Shown piece by piece: positions 20,714 through 31,145 of a DNA stretch of 64,000 bases; position 1 is the stretch's first letter; each line of letters starts with the position of its first letter. The notes under the pieces are model-generated. The model ran no database searches. It was not told the DNA's origin and saw only the letters and a list, made by a program, of their open reading frames with translations. The stretch is taken from contig CAVTLK010000002.1 of assembly GCA_963735595.1 (NCBI GenBank), forward strand, positions 192,001-256,000, given 5' to 3'. Source of the stretch: an uncultured delta proteobacterium (GTDB lineage Bacteria > Desulfobacterota > Zymogenia > Zymogenales > Zymogenaceae). The position numbers and the translations under genes were made by a program.

Positions 20714-21886
20714 CTACTCAATAACCCAGTCTCCCGTTACACCAAAGACGGCACACATCACCGGATCGGGGGCGATCTGATCGGGGGCACGGAACCGGCA
20801 TCCTCCCCCGCAGTCATCGATGTGTGGGCACGGGCCACAGGTAAGCTCATCGGCCCTGGTGATCGGCATCGACCGCCAGCAATCCAGTAACGAGTCCGCC
20901 GCGTCACCGACGGGTTGATCGGCAAAAAAACCGCATTTAGCGCCCTGGCCCGACGGTAGCACCGTCATGAGATGGTGGCCGCAGGCGAAACCGGGCGAGG
21001 AATGGCTGCCTCCTCCAAAGGCGTACTTCATAAGAGGGGCCGCCATTTCGGGCGTAACCGGCAGGCGGTCGTTTCGGACGAATCTCCCGGCTGCGCACGG
21101 CACGTCGATTCCCCAGGATACCGCGTCGATCTCCTGAATAAAGGCGGCCATGCGGTCGAACTCATCCATGTTTTCGCGATGAATCATCGTGGCGATAGAC
21201 ACGGCGATCCCCGCCGCCCGCACCGACTCAATCCCTCGCATTGCCCTGCCGAAAGATTTCGGCCCCCGGATAGCCTCGTGGCCGTGCTCCCACCCGTCAA
21301 GGGATATCTGCACTTCCTGGACTGCGAGCCGGCCCGCGGCCCGGTGGTTGATCAGCGTGCCATTGGTGATGAGGACACGGCGCATTGGCCGCCCGGCGGT
21401 TTGATCGAGGAGTTCAAATATTCGGGGATACAGCATTGGCTCCCCCCCCGATATAAGAAGCTTGAGACCTCCCATTTTCTCGAACTGGTCAACGACCGAA
21501 AGGGCCGCATCAAACGGTAAATCGACCGGGGAGAGAGCATCCTGATAACAGTGAAGGCAGGTCAGGTTGCATCGGGGGGTGACCTGAAGCTCAAGGAAGC
21601 GAAGAGACGGCAGGGGAGAGCGTGCCGTCCTGACCGGACGAGGGGATGGTTCAGGCAAGACGTCAAGAATTCCTTCGGAAAGGCAGTAGGCTATGAATTC
21701 GTCGTCATTTGCCACCAACTCCCCGCGGGCCGTTCCATCGCAGGCCGAGAGGAACGCGAACGCATCGTCGTTAATCTCGAACAGGTCGTCCGTATCGATA
21801 CGATAGACATACGGCTGTTCGAGCATCTTGAGAGACGCTTTCGGGCTCAGGGAGAGATATCCCGATTTCCAGTCCCTACTATTCAT
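20714..21886 (-). CDS. Radical SAM/SPASM protein with N-terminal RRE/PqqD-like domain; putative peptide maturase
   Basis: CNLTCLHC, SGGEP, SPASM cysteines (ACG...KC...CGPCPHIDDCGGGC...VMC). The first ~85 aa (YVYRIDTDDLFEINDDAFAFLSACDGT...LSEGIL) resemble PqqD/RRE. Confidence 0.85.
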   Translation of the reverse strand: MNSRDWKSGYLSLSPKASLKMLEQPYVYRIDTDDLFEINDDAFAFLSACDGTARGELVANDDEFIAYCLSEGILDVLPEPSPRPVRTARSPLPSLRFLELQVTPRCNLTCLHCYQDALSPVDLPFDAALSVVDQFEKMGGLKLLISGGEPMLYPRIFELLDQTAGRPMRRVLITNGTLINHRAAGRLAVQEVQISLDGWEHGHEAIRGPKSFGRAMRGIESVRAAGIAVSIATMIHRENMDEFDRMAAFIQEIDAVSWGIDVPCAAGRFVRNDRLPVTPEMAAPLMKYAFGGGSHSSPGFACGHHLMTVLPSGQGAKCGFFADQPVGDAADSLLDCWRSMPITRADELTCGPCPHIDDCGGGCRFRAPDQIAPDPVMCAVFGVTGDWVIE

Positions 21887-22247
21887 GAGCGATTGTCCGC
21901 AACATTTCGGAGGTTACCGTCCCGGTGCGGTAGAGGGCACACAGGATCACGAATCCTCCGCAGGCAACGGCATCAGCCGGAGGGGTCGGAAGTCTGAAGT
22001 CGCAACCGTCAAGCACGAACGGGCACGACCGGCAGATAAGCTCGAACAAAAGGCGATCACCTCGCTGGGCGTTATCGACCTCTTCCAGCTCCGGGAAGCT
22101 TGCGATCGTCAGAAGGCCGTTTTCCATCAGCGATACGGCCATAAGCGCCGCGCCGCAGGCCATTTCGTCCTTCTGTCCTTCCTTAAAGAAGGCGCAGTAC
22201 GGCCGACAGATGAAGCCGGAAAACTCCTTTTTTATGGGTTTTGTCAC
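21879..22247 (-). CDS. Cys-rich hypothetical protein, translationally coupled to the radical SAM gene
   Basis: 122 aa, GTG start; ICRPYCAFF, MACG, ICRSCPF, GCDF, VACGG; overlaps the start of the rSAM gene by 8 nt. Confidence 0.7.
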   Translation of the reverse strand: MTKPIKKEFSGFICRPYCAFFKEGQKDEMACGAALMAVSLMENGLLTIASFPELEEVDNAQRGDRLLFELICRSCPFVLDGCDFRLPTPPADAVACGGFVILCALYRTGTVTSEMLRTIAHE

Positions 22248-22358
22248 TACCGAATTTCAACCTTGGGAAATAGTGTCGGGTGAAACGGGCGCGAACCGCC
22301 GGCGAAGAGAAGGCCGGAGATTGTCCGTCGCTTCGAGTAAAAAGCTGAGCGGCCGTTG

Positions 22359-22391
22359 AAAAAAAAGGGCCGAACGCTTCTTTCGGCCCTT
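22359..22391 (-). terminator. Intrinsic terminator after the peptide gene
   Basis: Minus strand reads AAGGGCCGAA-agaagcg-TTCGGCCCTT followed by a U tract (A run 22359-22366 on +). Confidence 0.85.
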
Positions 22392-22413
22392 GAGAGCGAG
22401 GTGCAGGAAATCT

Positions 22414-22476
22414 TCAGCAGGAACGACCACACTTACACAAGCCCTTGGCAACCTTTTGGACCTTCTTGATCTTCAT
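22414..22476 (-). CDS. 20-aa Lys/Cys-rich peptide MKIKKVQKVAKGLCKCGRSC; putative RiPP precursor (below the ORF-track cutoff)
   Basis: ATG at 22476 preceded by AAAGGAGGAGCC (strong SD); TGA at 22416-22414; promoter upstream and terminator downstream; co-oriented with the rSAM/SPASM gene. Confidence 0.75.
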   Translation of the reverse strand: MKIKKVQKVAKGLCKCGRSC

Positions 22477-22577
22477 GGCTCCTCCTTTGCCCGTGCGGGC
22501 ATATCGTTTATGAGCGATACACTACAAAGTCTTACAAACGCTTCTTTAATAATCCACCTTAAGCATAATTTAAAAAT

Positions 22578-22605
22578 ATTTTATCACTCAAAGGCGTAAA
22601 GTCAA
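22578..22605 (-). promoter_or_regulatory. Sigma-70-like promoter for the peptide/rSAM unit
   Basis: Minus strand TTGACT-16 nt-TAAAAT with an extended -10 TG. Confidence 0.55.
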
Positions 22606-22853
22606 GGAAAAAGTAATGATATCAATGTGTTACTATTTTCACGTTCGTAGCACGATTATAACGCCATCGCGTTTCTTTCTCACGATCGAGGTGGAAGATT
22701 ATCAGGACAAACCGGGCCGGATGTCACGACTATCCCCAGTGTACTATAACGTCTATATTGGGTGTGCATCAGTCAGTTATTCATTGACTTTAGCCGTCTT
22801 GTCTGATTAAAATGGAGCCGTCATTGATTATTCTTTTTCTAGGCGGAGCTACA

Positions 22854-24173
22854 ATGAAACTCTGTATGATCGGCACCGGTTATGTGGGCCTTGTTACCGG
22901 TTGCTGTTTTGCCGATATGGGCAACGATGTTATTTGCGTGGACAACAACCCGGAAAAGATAGAACGGTTGAAAAAGGGCGCCGTCGACATCTACGAGCCG
23001 GGGCTCTCAGATCTGATGAGACGAAACCTCTCCCATGACAGACTTTCTTTTACTACCGATCTGGCGCACGGGGTGAAAAGCGCGGAGATTATCTTCATCG
23101 CCGTGGGAACGCCCCCCAATGACGACGGGAAGGCCGATACTTCCCAGGTCATGAATGTCGCCCGGTCGATCGGAAAGGCCATGAACGGCTATAAGATAAT
23201 CGTGACCAAGAGCACCGTCCCGGTCGGTACGACGGAGTCGGTGGGAGATGCCGTTGCGCGGGAAACAAACCACCCATTTGATATCGTTTCGAATCCTGAG
23301 TTCCTGAAAGAAGGCGCCGCGGTGGAGGACTTCATGCGCCCGGAGCGGATCGTGATCGGTAGCCGGAGCCCTAAGGCTACCGAGGGCATGAGGGAGCTCT
23401 ACGCGCCCTACACCCGTACCGGTAACCCTATCCTGGTCATGGATATACGCTCGGCCGAGCTTTCCAAATACGCCGCCAACGCGCTATTGGCCACGAAGAT
23501 CTCCTTTATGAACGAGATCGCAAATCTCTGCGACCACCTTGGCGCCGATATCGAGTCAATTCGGCTCGCCATAGGCGCCGATTCGCGAATTGGTCATAAG
23601 TTCCTATTCGCGGGCGTAGGTTTTGGGGGATCGTGTTTCCCCAAGGACCTGTCGGCACTGATAGCTACTGCAGATACCGTTGCTTACCGGGCGGACATTA
23701 TTCGTGCGGTAAAGGACGTAAATGACCGCCAGCGCGACGTATTCGTCAACAAGATACGGACCCATTTCGGTGACAGCCTGAAAGACCGTTCCATCGCCCT
23801 CTGGGGCCTTTCATTCAAGCCCAATACGGATGACATCCGTGACGCGCCCGCCGTGTTTATTGCCGAAGGACTTCTTACGAGTGGCGCAAGGGTCAGCGCC
23901 TTTGACCCGGCGGGCACCGAGAATTTCCGCGCCCGGTTTGGAAAGAGCATTCGCTACGCCCGCTCCGCGTACGACGCCGTTAAAGACGCCGACGCGCTTT
24001 GCCTCCTTACCGAATGGAACGAGTTCAGGAATCCTGATTTCGAGCGGATGAAACGGACGATGAAGAGCCCCGTCATCTTCGACGGGAGAAATCAATACAA
24101 TCGGGAAGAGCTGGAGCGGACCGGATTCGTTTACTATTGCGTCGGCAGGCCTTCGGGGGAAATGCGCACATGA
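22854..24173 (+). CDS. ugd: UDP-glucose 6-dehydrogenase
   Basis: [53 protein letters not shown]. Confidence 0.93.
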   Translation: MKLCMIGTGYVGLVTGCCFADMGNDVICVDNNPEKIERLKKGAVDIYEPGLSDLMRRNLSHDRLSFTTDLAHGVKSAEIIFIAVGTPPNDDGKADTSQVMNVARSIGKAMNGYKIIVTKSTVPVGTTESVGDAVARETNHPFDIVSNPEFLKEGAAVEDFMRPERIVIGSRSPKATEGMRELYAPYTRTGNPILVMDIRSAELSKYAANALLATKISFMNEIANLCDHLGADIESIRLAIGADSRIGHKFLFAGVGFGGSCFPKDLSALIATADTVAYRADIIRAVKDVNDRQRDVFVNKIRTHFGDSLKDRSIALWGLSFKPNTDDIRDAPAVFIAEGLLTSGARVSAFDPAGTENFRARFGKSIRYARSAYDAVKDADALCLLTEWNEFRNPDFERMKRTMKSPVIFDGRNQYNREELERTGFVYYCVGRPSGEMRT

Positions 24174-25105
24174 CCGGATCTATCCTCGTTACCGGGGGCG
24201 CGGGCTTTATCGGCGTTCATCTCTGTGAGCGGCTCCTCGATGAGGGCAACGAGGTTGTCTGCCTTGACAACTTTTATACCGGTAACCGGCAACATATCAA
24301 TGACTTGTTGGCTCACCCGCGTTTTACGCTCATCGACCGGGACGTCCGTGATCCGGGAGATATACCGGCCGTCACCCGAATATATAACCTTGCCTGCCCC
24401 GCGTCGCCGATTCATTACCAGCGCGATCGGGTCATGACGGCCCTGACCTGCGTCATTGGCGCGGACCGGATGCTCAATCTTGCCGGCATGTTCGGCGCCC
24501 GGGTCCTGTTTGCGTCGACTTCGGAGGTCTATGGTGATCCGGCGGTTTCTCCACAGACCGAGTCTTACTGGGGAAACGTCAATCCCAACGGAGTGCGCAG
24601 CTGCTACGACGAGGGTAAGCGCCTCGCCGAGAGCCTCGCGGTCTCTTACTATGAACAGGCCGGCGTCGACATACGAATCGCCCGTATATTCAATACGTAT
24701 GGGCCGAGGATGGATGTCAACGACGGGCGGGTAGTCTCCAACTTTATTGTGCAGGCGCTTTCGGGAAGGCCGATGACGGTCTTCGGCGACGGGAGCCAGA
24801 CACGGTCGTTCTGCTACGTGTCTGACATGGTGGAAGGGCTGGTCCGGCTCATGGAAGGCCCGGCCTATACCGGCCCGACTAACCTCGGCAATCCCGAGGA
24901 GCGTTCCGTCCTCGAGTTTGCCCGCCTCATCAAGGAGATGACGGAAAGCCAATCGCCGATCGTCTTTGAGACCCTCCCCCCCGATGACCCGAAGGTGCGC
25001 CGGCCCGATATCAACAAGGCGTACGCCGAGCTCGGCTGGGAGCCTTCCGTATCCCTGGAAGAGGGGCTGAGGGAGGCGATCGCCTATTTCCGGACGATTG
25101 TCTGA
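24170..25105 (+). CDS. UDP-glucuronic acid decarboxylase (UDP-xylose synthase-like SDR)
   Basis: [57 protein letters not shown]. Confidence 0.9.
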   Translation: MTGSILVTGGAGFIGVHLCERLLDEGNEVVCLDNFYTGNRQHINDLLAHPRFTLIDRDVRDPGDIPAVTRIYNLACPASPIHYQRDRVMTALTCVIGADRMLNLAGMFGARVLFASTSEVYGDPAVSPQTESYWGNVNPNGVRSCYDEGKRLAESLAVSYYEQAGVDIRIARIFNTYGPRMDVNDGRVVSNFIVQALSGRPMTVFGDGSQTRSFCYVSDMVEGLVRLMEGPAYTGPTNLGNPEERSVLEFARLIKEMTESQSPIVFETLPPDDPKVRRPDINKAYAELGWEPSVSLEEGLREAIAYFRTIV

Positions 25106-25247
25106 ACAGAAGGGCCGTACCCGCGCCCAACCGCGGGTATGCAGGGACGGCCGATAGACGGTAATCCGGACACGGCTTGCGCGGGGCAACCTCTCGATTT
25201 CCACAGGGAACGGCTGCGCACTATCGTCGTTCTATCCGGTCATCCCC

Positions 25248-26666
25248 TTATCGGCTATTCGGCTGTTTAAGAAACCTCCCGTAATCGACGACCTTCCTCA
25301 ACGCCCACAGCGCCCGCGCAGACGAGGGGAACGTGGGGATCTTTGCCTCCACGAACCGGAGCCCGAGATCCTTTTCGGCCAGGGCAAAATAAAACTCCGG
25401 GATATCCGCGAAGATAACCGTCTTCCCCGTCGCCTGCCTGGCGGCTACCAGCTCCTCCATGAAGCTCCGGTTCGTTTCGGCGGAAAAGGTGCCCCCGATG
25501 ATCAGCAGCGCGTCCACGCCCGGGTCTTCCAGCACTATCCTGGCCGGCTCGGTATAGAGCCGGAAGTCGACCGAAGCCGAAAGCCCCACGTCCACCGGAT
25601 TGGCAACCGATGTACCGGTTTCCGGGATGATCGAGGTGATGCGCTGCCTGGTCGCCGGCGAAAGCTGCGCGAGTGAAAGGCCGGAGCGTTCCAACTCATC
25701 TGCCGCCGCCACCGCGAACCCCCCCGGTCCCGACAGGATAGCCACACGGTTTCCGGTTTCGGGGGGGATAAACTTAAAGGCCATGACCGCATCCAGGAGC
25801 CCGTCCATATCGGCGACCTGCACCGCTCCGGCCTGGGTAAGCGCCCCCTCCCAGAGGGACGGCAGACCCGCCAGCGACCCGGTGTGCGAGTGCGCGCTGG
25901 CCGCCCCGTATCCCGTCAACCCCGCCTTCCAGATTACAACCGGTTTTATACGGGAGACCCTTGCGAGCGTCTCGAAAAAGCGGCGGCCTTCCGGTACGCC
26001 CTCGATGTAGGCGGTGATGACGGCGGTCTTCGGGTCGGAAGCCAGGTACGAGAAGAAGTCCGACGGCGCGAGATCGGCCGCGTTGCCGAAGCTGACCGCC
26101 TTGGAAAAAAAGAGCCCCCGGGAGACGCCCCGGAGCACGATAAACGAGGTGAGGGACCCGCTGCCGGAAACGAGCGCCGTATCGCCCTCATCCATCGGCA
26201 TAGAGGGGAAAGACGACATGCGGGCCTCGGACGAATAGACCCCCATGCAGTTGGGGCCGATGAGACGGACGCCGCAGGCGTGCGCGTGCTCCACGAGCCT
26301 GCACTGCTCGTCTTGCCCGTCAACACCCAGCTCGGAGAACCCCGCCGTGAAGATAACCGCCGCCTTTGCACCCTTGACGCCCAGTTCTTCGATAACGGGA
26401 TAGAGGTGCTTCTTGGGCACCAGGACTACCGCCAGGTCGATCGACCCCGGGATGTCGGCGACCCGCCGGTAGACGGGCAACCCGTCGATCGTATCGATCC
26501 GCGGGTTTACCGGGTAGATAGTCCCCCGGTACCCGGCCGAGAGAAGCCCCATCAGAAAGAGGCGGCCCATCTTCATCCCCTCAGGCACACCAACCATGGC
26601 TATGCTGCGGGGATTGAAGGCGGCCTCCATTACGGAGTTGATATCGCCGGTGTCGTTTCGTGTCAT
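25248..26666 (-). CDS. Acyl-CoA synthetase (NDP-forming) alpha-type / CoA-binding protein
   Basis: FNPRSIAMVG, IYPVNP, TAGFSE, IGPNCMG, SHTGSLAG (phospho-His), NPVD. Confidence 0.85.
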   Translation of the reverse strand: MTRNDTGDINSVMEAAFNPRSIAMVGVPEGMKMGRLFLMGLLSAGYRGTIYPVNPRIDTIDGLPVYRRVADIPGSIDLAVVLVPKKHLYPVIEELGVKGAKAAVIFTAGFSELGVDGQDEQCRLVEHAHACGVRLIGPNCMGVYSSEARMSSFPSMPMDEGDTALVSGSGSLTSFIVLRGVSRGLFFSKAVSFGNAADLAPSDFFSYLASDPKTAVITAYIEGVPEGRRFFETLARVSRIKPVVIWKAGLTGYGAASAHSHTGSLAGLPSLWEGALTQAGAVQVADMDGLLDAVMAFKFIPPETGNRVAILSGPGGFAVAAADELERSGLSLAQLSPATRQRITSIIPETGTSVANPVDVGLSASVDFRLYTEPARIVLEDPGVDALLIIGGTFSAETNRSFMEELVAARQATGKTVIFADIPEFYFALAEKDLGLRFVEAKIPTFPSSARALWALRKVVDYGRFLKQPNSR

Positions 26667-26749
26667 AACGTAAACCTCCGCCGACCACGCTACCACAGGG
26701 GGGGCGGGAAGTAAAGCGTGAGATATCGTTTATCCCTGAAAAGCGGCGA

Positions 26750-26778
26750 TTGACAGGAGTACGCACAACGTTTACAAT
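26750..26778 (+). promoter_or_regulatory. Sigma-70 promoter upstream of the EEP gene
   Basis: TTGACA-17 nt-TACAAT. Confidence 0.6.
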
Positions 26779-26813
26779 AAACAGTAATGCTATAATCAAA
26801 CATCGAGGCCGTT

Positions 26814-27875
26814 ATGAGAAAGGTGTTACTTGCCGTACTGCTCGTCCTGGCAAGCCTTCCTGCCGCCGCCGACGAGATTACCGCCGTCACTATCAACGTA
26901 TGGTCGGGGATCGACTACGAGGGGACCCTGAAGATGGGTGAATACGAATCACGGGACGTCCGCGAGCAGCGCTACCAGTTGCTGCTTGCCGAATTAAAGG
27001 AAATCAACCCGGATGTCGTGGCGCTCAACGAGGCCAACCCGCTGCCGCGCTACGCCAGGCGGCTTGCCCGCGACCTTGATATGGATTTCGTCTATTCGGT
27101 CGGTATGGGAGGTTTGAGGGTCGGGCCGGTCGGCATTCCTACTAATTTCAGGGAAGGGGACGCGATACTTGCCAGGAAGGGCCTCGGACTTTCCCGCCTC
27201 GGGAAAGAGCGGCTCTCGGGCAAGGGTATCATCACTAATTTCGTCACGCTGCACGCCAGTGAATCCAACCAGGTGATCGGGGCGGCGATCGTCGTAAACG
27301 GTAAAACCGTGTATCTCTTTAACACACACGTGCACGCCAGCCCTCCGTATGACCAGGCGTTTTTGGACCGGCTGGACGGCCTGTTTCGGGAGGGTAAGCT
27401 GACCGAGGAGGGGCTTGCCCGTGCAAAGGCGTCAATCGCCGACGGGCAGAAGTGGCGGGCCGGCGAGATCGAGAAGCTGCTCGACTTTATCGCCCAAAAG
27501 ACCCCTGCGGGCGCCCCCGTCATCCTCATGGGGGACTTCAACGCCGAGGCCTATACGCCCGAGATGCAGCCGGTCTTCGATCGCGGATTTATCGATACGT
27601 TCGGGACAAAAAATCCGGACGATCCCGGCCACACCTGGAACCCGGCCGCAAATCTCAACAGCGTCTACTACGAAAAGCCGCGGGGGGAGCAAACCCCGGA
27701 AACAATTGCGGGAGGCCTCGATGACCTGGTATCCAAGCGTATTGATTTTATCTTTGCCGCCGGTCCGTTCCGGGTGGGCGACGTCGTAGAGAGCCGGGTA
27801 GTGTTTGACCGGGCGGTGAACGGTCGTCACCCGTCGGACCACTTCGGGCTGATGAGCGTGATACAAATCCCGTAG
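26814..27875 (+). CDS. Secreted endonuclease/exonuclease/phosphatase (EEP) family protein
   Basis: Signal peptide; TINVW, DVVALNE, NTH, ILMGDFN, RIDFIF, PSDHFGL. Confidence 0.88.
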   Translation: MRKVLLAVLLVLASLPAAADEITAVTINVWSGIDYEGTLKMGEYESRDVREQRYQLLLAELKEINPDVVALNEANPLPRYARRLARDLDMDFVYSVGMGGLRVGPVGIPTNFREGDAILARKGLGLSRLGKERLSGKGIITNFVTLHASESNQVIGAAIVVNGKTVYLFNTHVHASPPYDQAFLDRLDGLFREGKLTEEGLARAKASIADGQKWRAGEIEKLLDFIAQKTPAGAPVILMGDFNAEAYTPEMQPVFDRGFIDTFGTKNPDDPGHTWNPAANLNSVYYEKPRGEQTPETIAGGLDDLVSKRIDFIFAAGPFRVGDVVESRVVFDRAVNGRHPSDHFGLMSVIQIP

Positions 27876-27977
27876 CGGACCGAGTATTTTGAATAGGACG
27901 GCGGCTTTCATATTCGACAGAAGCCGAAGACGGAACGGAGCATGGGCGTAGACGTACGATGTACCGTGATTTCCCGT

Positions 27978-28409
27978 ATGTTTGGAATCCGGGGCGGCCT
28001 TTTTTCGCTCCTGATCTTGTGCGCATTGCTGCGGCCGGGTGGGTCGGCCGCACTCGATACCGCGAAAATCACGGTCGGCGGCGTGCCGCTCGTGGTCGAG
28101 GTGGCCGACGATGTGATGGAACGGTCGATGGGCCTCATGTACCGGGAGTCGCTGCCTCACGACCGGGGGATGCTCTTCGTCTACCCGGACGAGGTGTCCC
28201 TTGCTTTCTGGATGAAAAACACCCGCATCCCCCTCTCGATCGCCTTTGCCGACGCCGAAGGCGTGATCATCGCGATCATGGATATGTTCCCGGACGACGG
28301 GCGGGTGCGCTACCGGTCCCCCGGCCCGGCGAAATACGCCCTCGAGGTAAACCGGGGGTGGTTTGCCGAGGGGGGGATTAAAGTCGGAAGCAAGATAGAC
28401 CTGAACTGA
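27978..28409 (+). CDS. DUF192 family protein
   Basis: VEVAD...GLMYRESL...GMLFVY...FWMKNTRIPLSIAF...YALEVNRG. Confidence 0.88.
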   Translation: MFGIRGGLFSLLILCALLRPGGSAALDTAKITVGGVPLVVEVADDVMERSMGLMYRESLPHDRGMLFVYPDEVSLAFWMKNTRIPLSIAFADAEGVIIAIMDMFPDDGRVRYRSPGPAKYALEVNRGWFAEGGIKVGSKIDLN

Positions 28410-28426
28410 CGGTTTACGTTGACGGT

Positions 28427-29080
28427 CTATGTTGATCTGTCGTTGACGATTCCCGTGAGTAGACCTGTGAGCGCCGGAAGGTTTTCATCAATGTCGACGT
28501 CCCGGGATTCATGTATGCCGGCCGGAGTAAGCCCGAACCCGACCGAGTATCCCGCCGCCTCAAACATCGGGATATCCGAGCTGCCGTCGCCCACGGCGAT
28601 GACCTCGGAAGGGCTCACCCCGACCCGTCGGGCGAACCGGGCCAGCTCCTTTCCCTTGCCGTCGTGGGGGACGAGGACCTCGACCCCGCCGGTGAAGACG
28701 CCGTCCGCGGTAATCAGCCTGTTCGCGACGGCATAGTCCACCCCAAAATCGGCCCCGATACGGTCTGTCAACAGCGTCAAACCCGTGGAGATGAGTGCGG
28801 TCTTAAGACATAAATACCGGGCCGTCCCGAATAGCTCCCCGATCCCCTCCCGGTAGGGGAGGCGGGAGACGATTGCTGCGAGATCTTCCACCGGTCTCCC
28901 CGCCCAGAGGGCGGCGTCGCGCTCGCAAAACTCCCGGTAATCGATTGCGCCGGCAATGAACTCCTCCTGATAGCGCGCCGCATTGCCCTCCCAGAGGCCA
29001 AGCTCTTCGTGGATAAACTGCCAGACGCTCTTGTGGGTCGTGAGGACCCCGCAGACGTCCAGCGCCAGCGCCTTGTACAT
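28427..29080 (-). CDS. HAD-superfamily hydrolase (phosphoserine phosphatase-like)
   Basis: LDVCGVLT (motif I variant), LISTG, K, AVGDGSSDIPM. Confidence 0.75.
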   Translation of the reverse strand: MYKALALDVCGVLTTHKSVWQFIHEELGLWEGNAARYQEEFIAGAIDYREFCERDAALWAGRPVEDLAAIVSRLPYREGIGELFGTARYLCLKTALISTGLTLLTDRIGADFGVDYAVANRLITADGVFTGGVEVLVPHDGKGKELARFARRVGVSPSEVIAVGDGSSDIPMFEAAGYSVGFGLTPAGIHESRDVDIDENLPALTGLLTGIVNDRST

Positions 29081-29257
29081 CGGTATTGCCCTCCGTTGTC
29101 AGTATAGGCCGAGACCGTTGTCGAGTCAAGACGGCGGGTCGGTTTTTTCTTTTTCTCCCCGGTGCATCCTGTTATAATGATTCCCTGCCGGGTGGCTTGC
29201 CGATCGGCAGGGAATTACCCCTATAATCCCCATACCATACTCGAGAGGTTACCTGCC

Positions 29258-30409
29258 ATGCTCTACCAGATTTCGGAAGAACAGCGCATCATGCTCAACA
29301 CGGTTCGGGAGTTTTGCGAGAAGAACGTAAAGCCTGTTGAGGAGGAAAACGATAAGAAGGGGGGGTGCCCGGAAAAGCTCGTGGATGCGATGAAGGAGAT
29401 GGGGCTCTTCGGCTTCGGCGTGCCGGAGGCCTACGGCGGGACATTCAGGGACTATTTTTCGGTCACGCTGTTATCCGAGGAGATCTCCCGCTATTCGCCG
29501 TCGCTGGGGACGGTCATGGGGGCCTCGTCGCTCTTGTTCGGCAATAACCTGGCCCGGCACGGCACCGAAGAGCAGAAGAAGCGGTTCCTGCCCAGGATCG
29601 CATCGGGCGAGTGGATCGGCTGTATGGGGCTCACGGAGCCGGGCGCGGGGTCCGACGCCGTCTCGCTGACCACCCGGGCCGTCAAGGACGGCAATTCGTA
29701 CGTCCTGACGGGGACGAAGACGTTCATATCCAACGCACCGATTTGTGACGTGGCCTACGTCTACGCCACGCTGGACAAGAAACTGGGCGCCAAGGGGGTA
29801 TGCACCTTTGTCGTCGAGCGGGATACGCCCGGTTTTTCGGTGGGCAAGGAATTTGACAAGATGGGCCTTCGTTCCTCGCCGACCGGGGAGCTGGTTTTCG
29901 AGGAGTGCCGCGTGCCCGCTGAAAACCTCGTGGGCGGCGCGGAGGGGGTCGGCGTCCGGCAGATGATGGGCGGTCTGGACACGGAGCGGGTCTGCTGGAG
30001 CTCGCTGGCCCTGGGCCTCGCGCAGGGCGCTTTCGAGGAGGCGCTGGCATATTCCCAGCAGCGCGAGCAATTCAATACCCCCATCTTCAACTTCCAGATG
30101 GTCCAGAAGCTTCTGGCCGACATGGCCACCGAGATCGAGGCGGCGCGCCTCCTGGTCTATAACGGGGCCGCGATCATCGACCAGGGGGGCGACGGGCGGC
30201 TTGCCGCCTCCTACGCGAAGCTTTTTACCTGCGATATGGTCATGCGGGTGACCACCGACGCGGTGCAGGTCCACGGCGGCTACGGGTACACGAAGGAATA
30301 CCGGGTTGAGCGGATGATGCGGGACGCCAAGGTCTTTGCCATCGGCGCGGGCACCTCGGAGGTGCAGCGGATGATCATCTGCCACTACCTGAGGGGAAAG
30401 GGGATATGA
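29258..30409 (+). CDS. Acyl-CoA dehydrogenase (isovaleryl-CoA dehydrogenase-like)
   Basis: [49 protein letters not shown]. Confidence 0.9.
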   Translation: MLYQISEEQRIMLNTVREFCEKNVKPVEEENDKKGGCPEKLVDAMKEMGLFGFGVPEAYGGTFRDYFSVTLLSEEISRYSPSLGTVMGASSLLFGNNLARHGTEEQKKRFLPRIASGEWIGCMGLTEPGAGSDAVSLTTRAVKDGNSYVLTGTKTFISNAPICDVAYVYATLDKKLGAKGVCTFVVERDTPGFSVGKEFDKMGLRSSPTGELVFEECRVPAENLVGGAEGVGVRQMMGGLDTERVCWSSLALGLAQGAFEEALAYSQQREQFNTPIFNFQMVQKLLADMATEIEAARLLVYNGAAIIDQGGDGRLAASYAKLFTCDMVMRVTTDAVQVHGGYGYTKEYRVERMMRDAKVFAIGAGTSEVQRMIICHYLRGKGI

Positions 30410-30714
30410 CGGGGAGCGCTGCCGGCGGCCGGGGGGAAGAAAAGAGGCCGTCTATCTTCGGAAGAGCGGTGCGGTGGGTCAGGCGCGTCCCGATGGGGAT
30501 GATCCGGCTTTACCAGGCGACGATCTCGCCGGACCACAGCCCGCTGATGACGCGGCTCCTACGGGGAGGCGTATGCCGGTTTCACCCGACCTGCTCGCAG
30601 TACACCTACGAGGCCATCGAGAGATACGGGGTCTTCAAGGGGGGGGCGATGGGGATCTGGCGGATAGCGCGATGTAATCCCTTCAATCCGGGCGGGATAG
30701 ACCCGGTGCCGTAA
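30406..30714 (+). CDS. yidD: Membrane protein insertion efficiency factor YidD
   Basis: IRLYQ..ISP...[17 protein letters not shown]....[14 protein letters not shown]. Confidence 0.88.
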   Translation: MTGSAAGGRGEEKRPSIFGRAVRWVRRVPMGMIRLYQATISPDHSPLMTRLLRGGVCRFHPTCSQYTYEAIERYGVFKGGAMGIWRIARCNPFNPGGIDPVP

Positions 30715-30758
30715 GCGATCCTAATAATCCGGGCGTTTCTAAGGGGACGCACGCCCCC

Positions 30759-31034
30759 CTAAAACTTGTTGAGTATCATCAATATCCCGATGATGATAAA
30801 GGCAGAGCCCGCCACGTAGTGGATGATATGCGCCGGGATGAACCGGGTGATCACCCCGCCCAGCAGCACCGCCAGGAGCGACGTCAGCACGAGGGCCAGC
30901 GCCGAGCCGAGGAATATCCACACTAACCCCTCTTTATGTTCGGCGGCCATCGCCATGACTGCAAGCTGGGTCTTGTCGCCCAGCTCAGCAATAAAGATCG
31001 TCCCGAGCACCGTAAAAAAGAGCTTCAGATCCAT
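30759..31034 (-). CDS. TMEM165/GDT1 (UPF0016) family, single-repeat form
   Basis: Signature IFIAELGDKTQLA; 91 aa with about 3 TM helices. Confidence 0.85.
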   Translation of the reverse strand: MDLKLFFTVLGTIFIAELGDKTQLAVMAMAAEHKEGLVWIFLGSALALVLTSLLAVLLGGVITRFIPAHIIHYVAGSAFIIIGILMILNKF

Positions 31035-31145
31035 CGCACCGCCTCCTATCTAAGGAACGATCGTCTAAAATACAACAACAGGCCGAAACAGTGGTTCCGG
31101 CCCGGAGATGAAAAGAATGCAGGGGGCGATGTCTATCGCGCCCCG

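Noticed and set aside
22414..22416. TGA of the small peptide read as selenocysteine
   Set aside because: The downstream hairpin has a U tract typical of a terminator, and read-through gives a non-protein-like frame that does not join the next gene. Not fully excluded without homologs.
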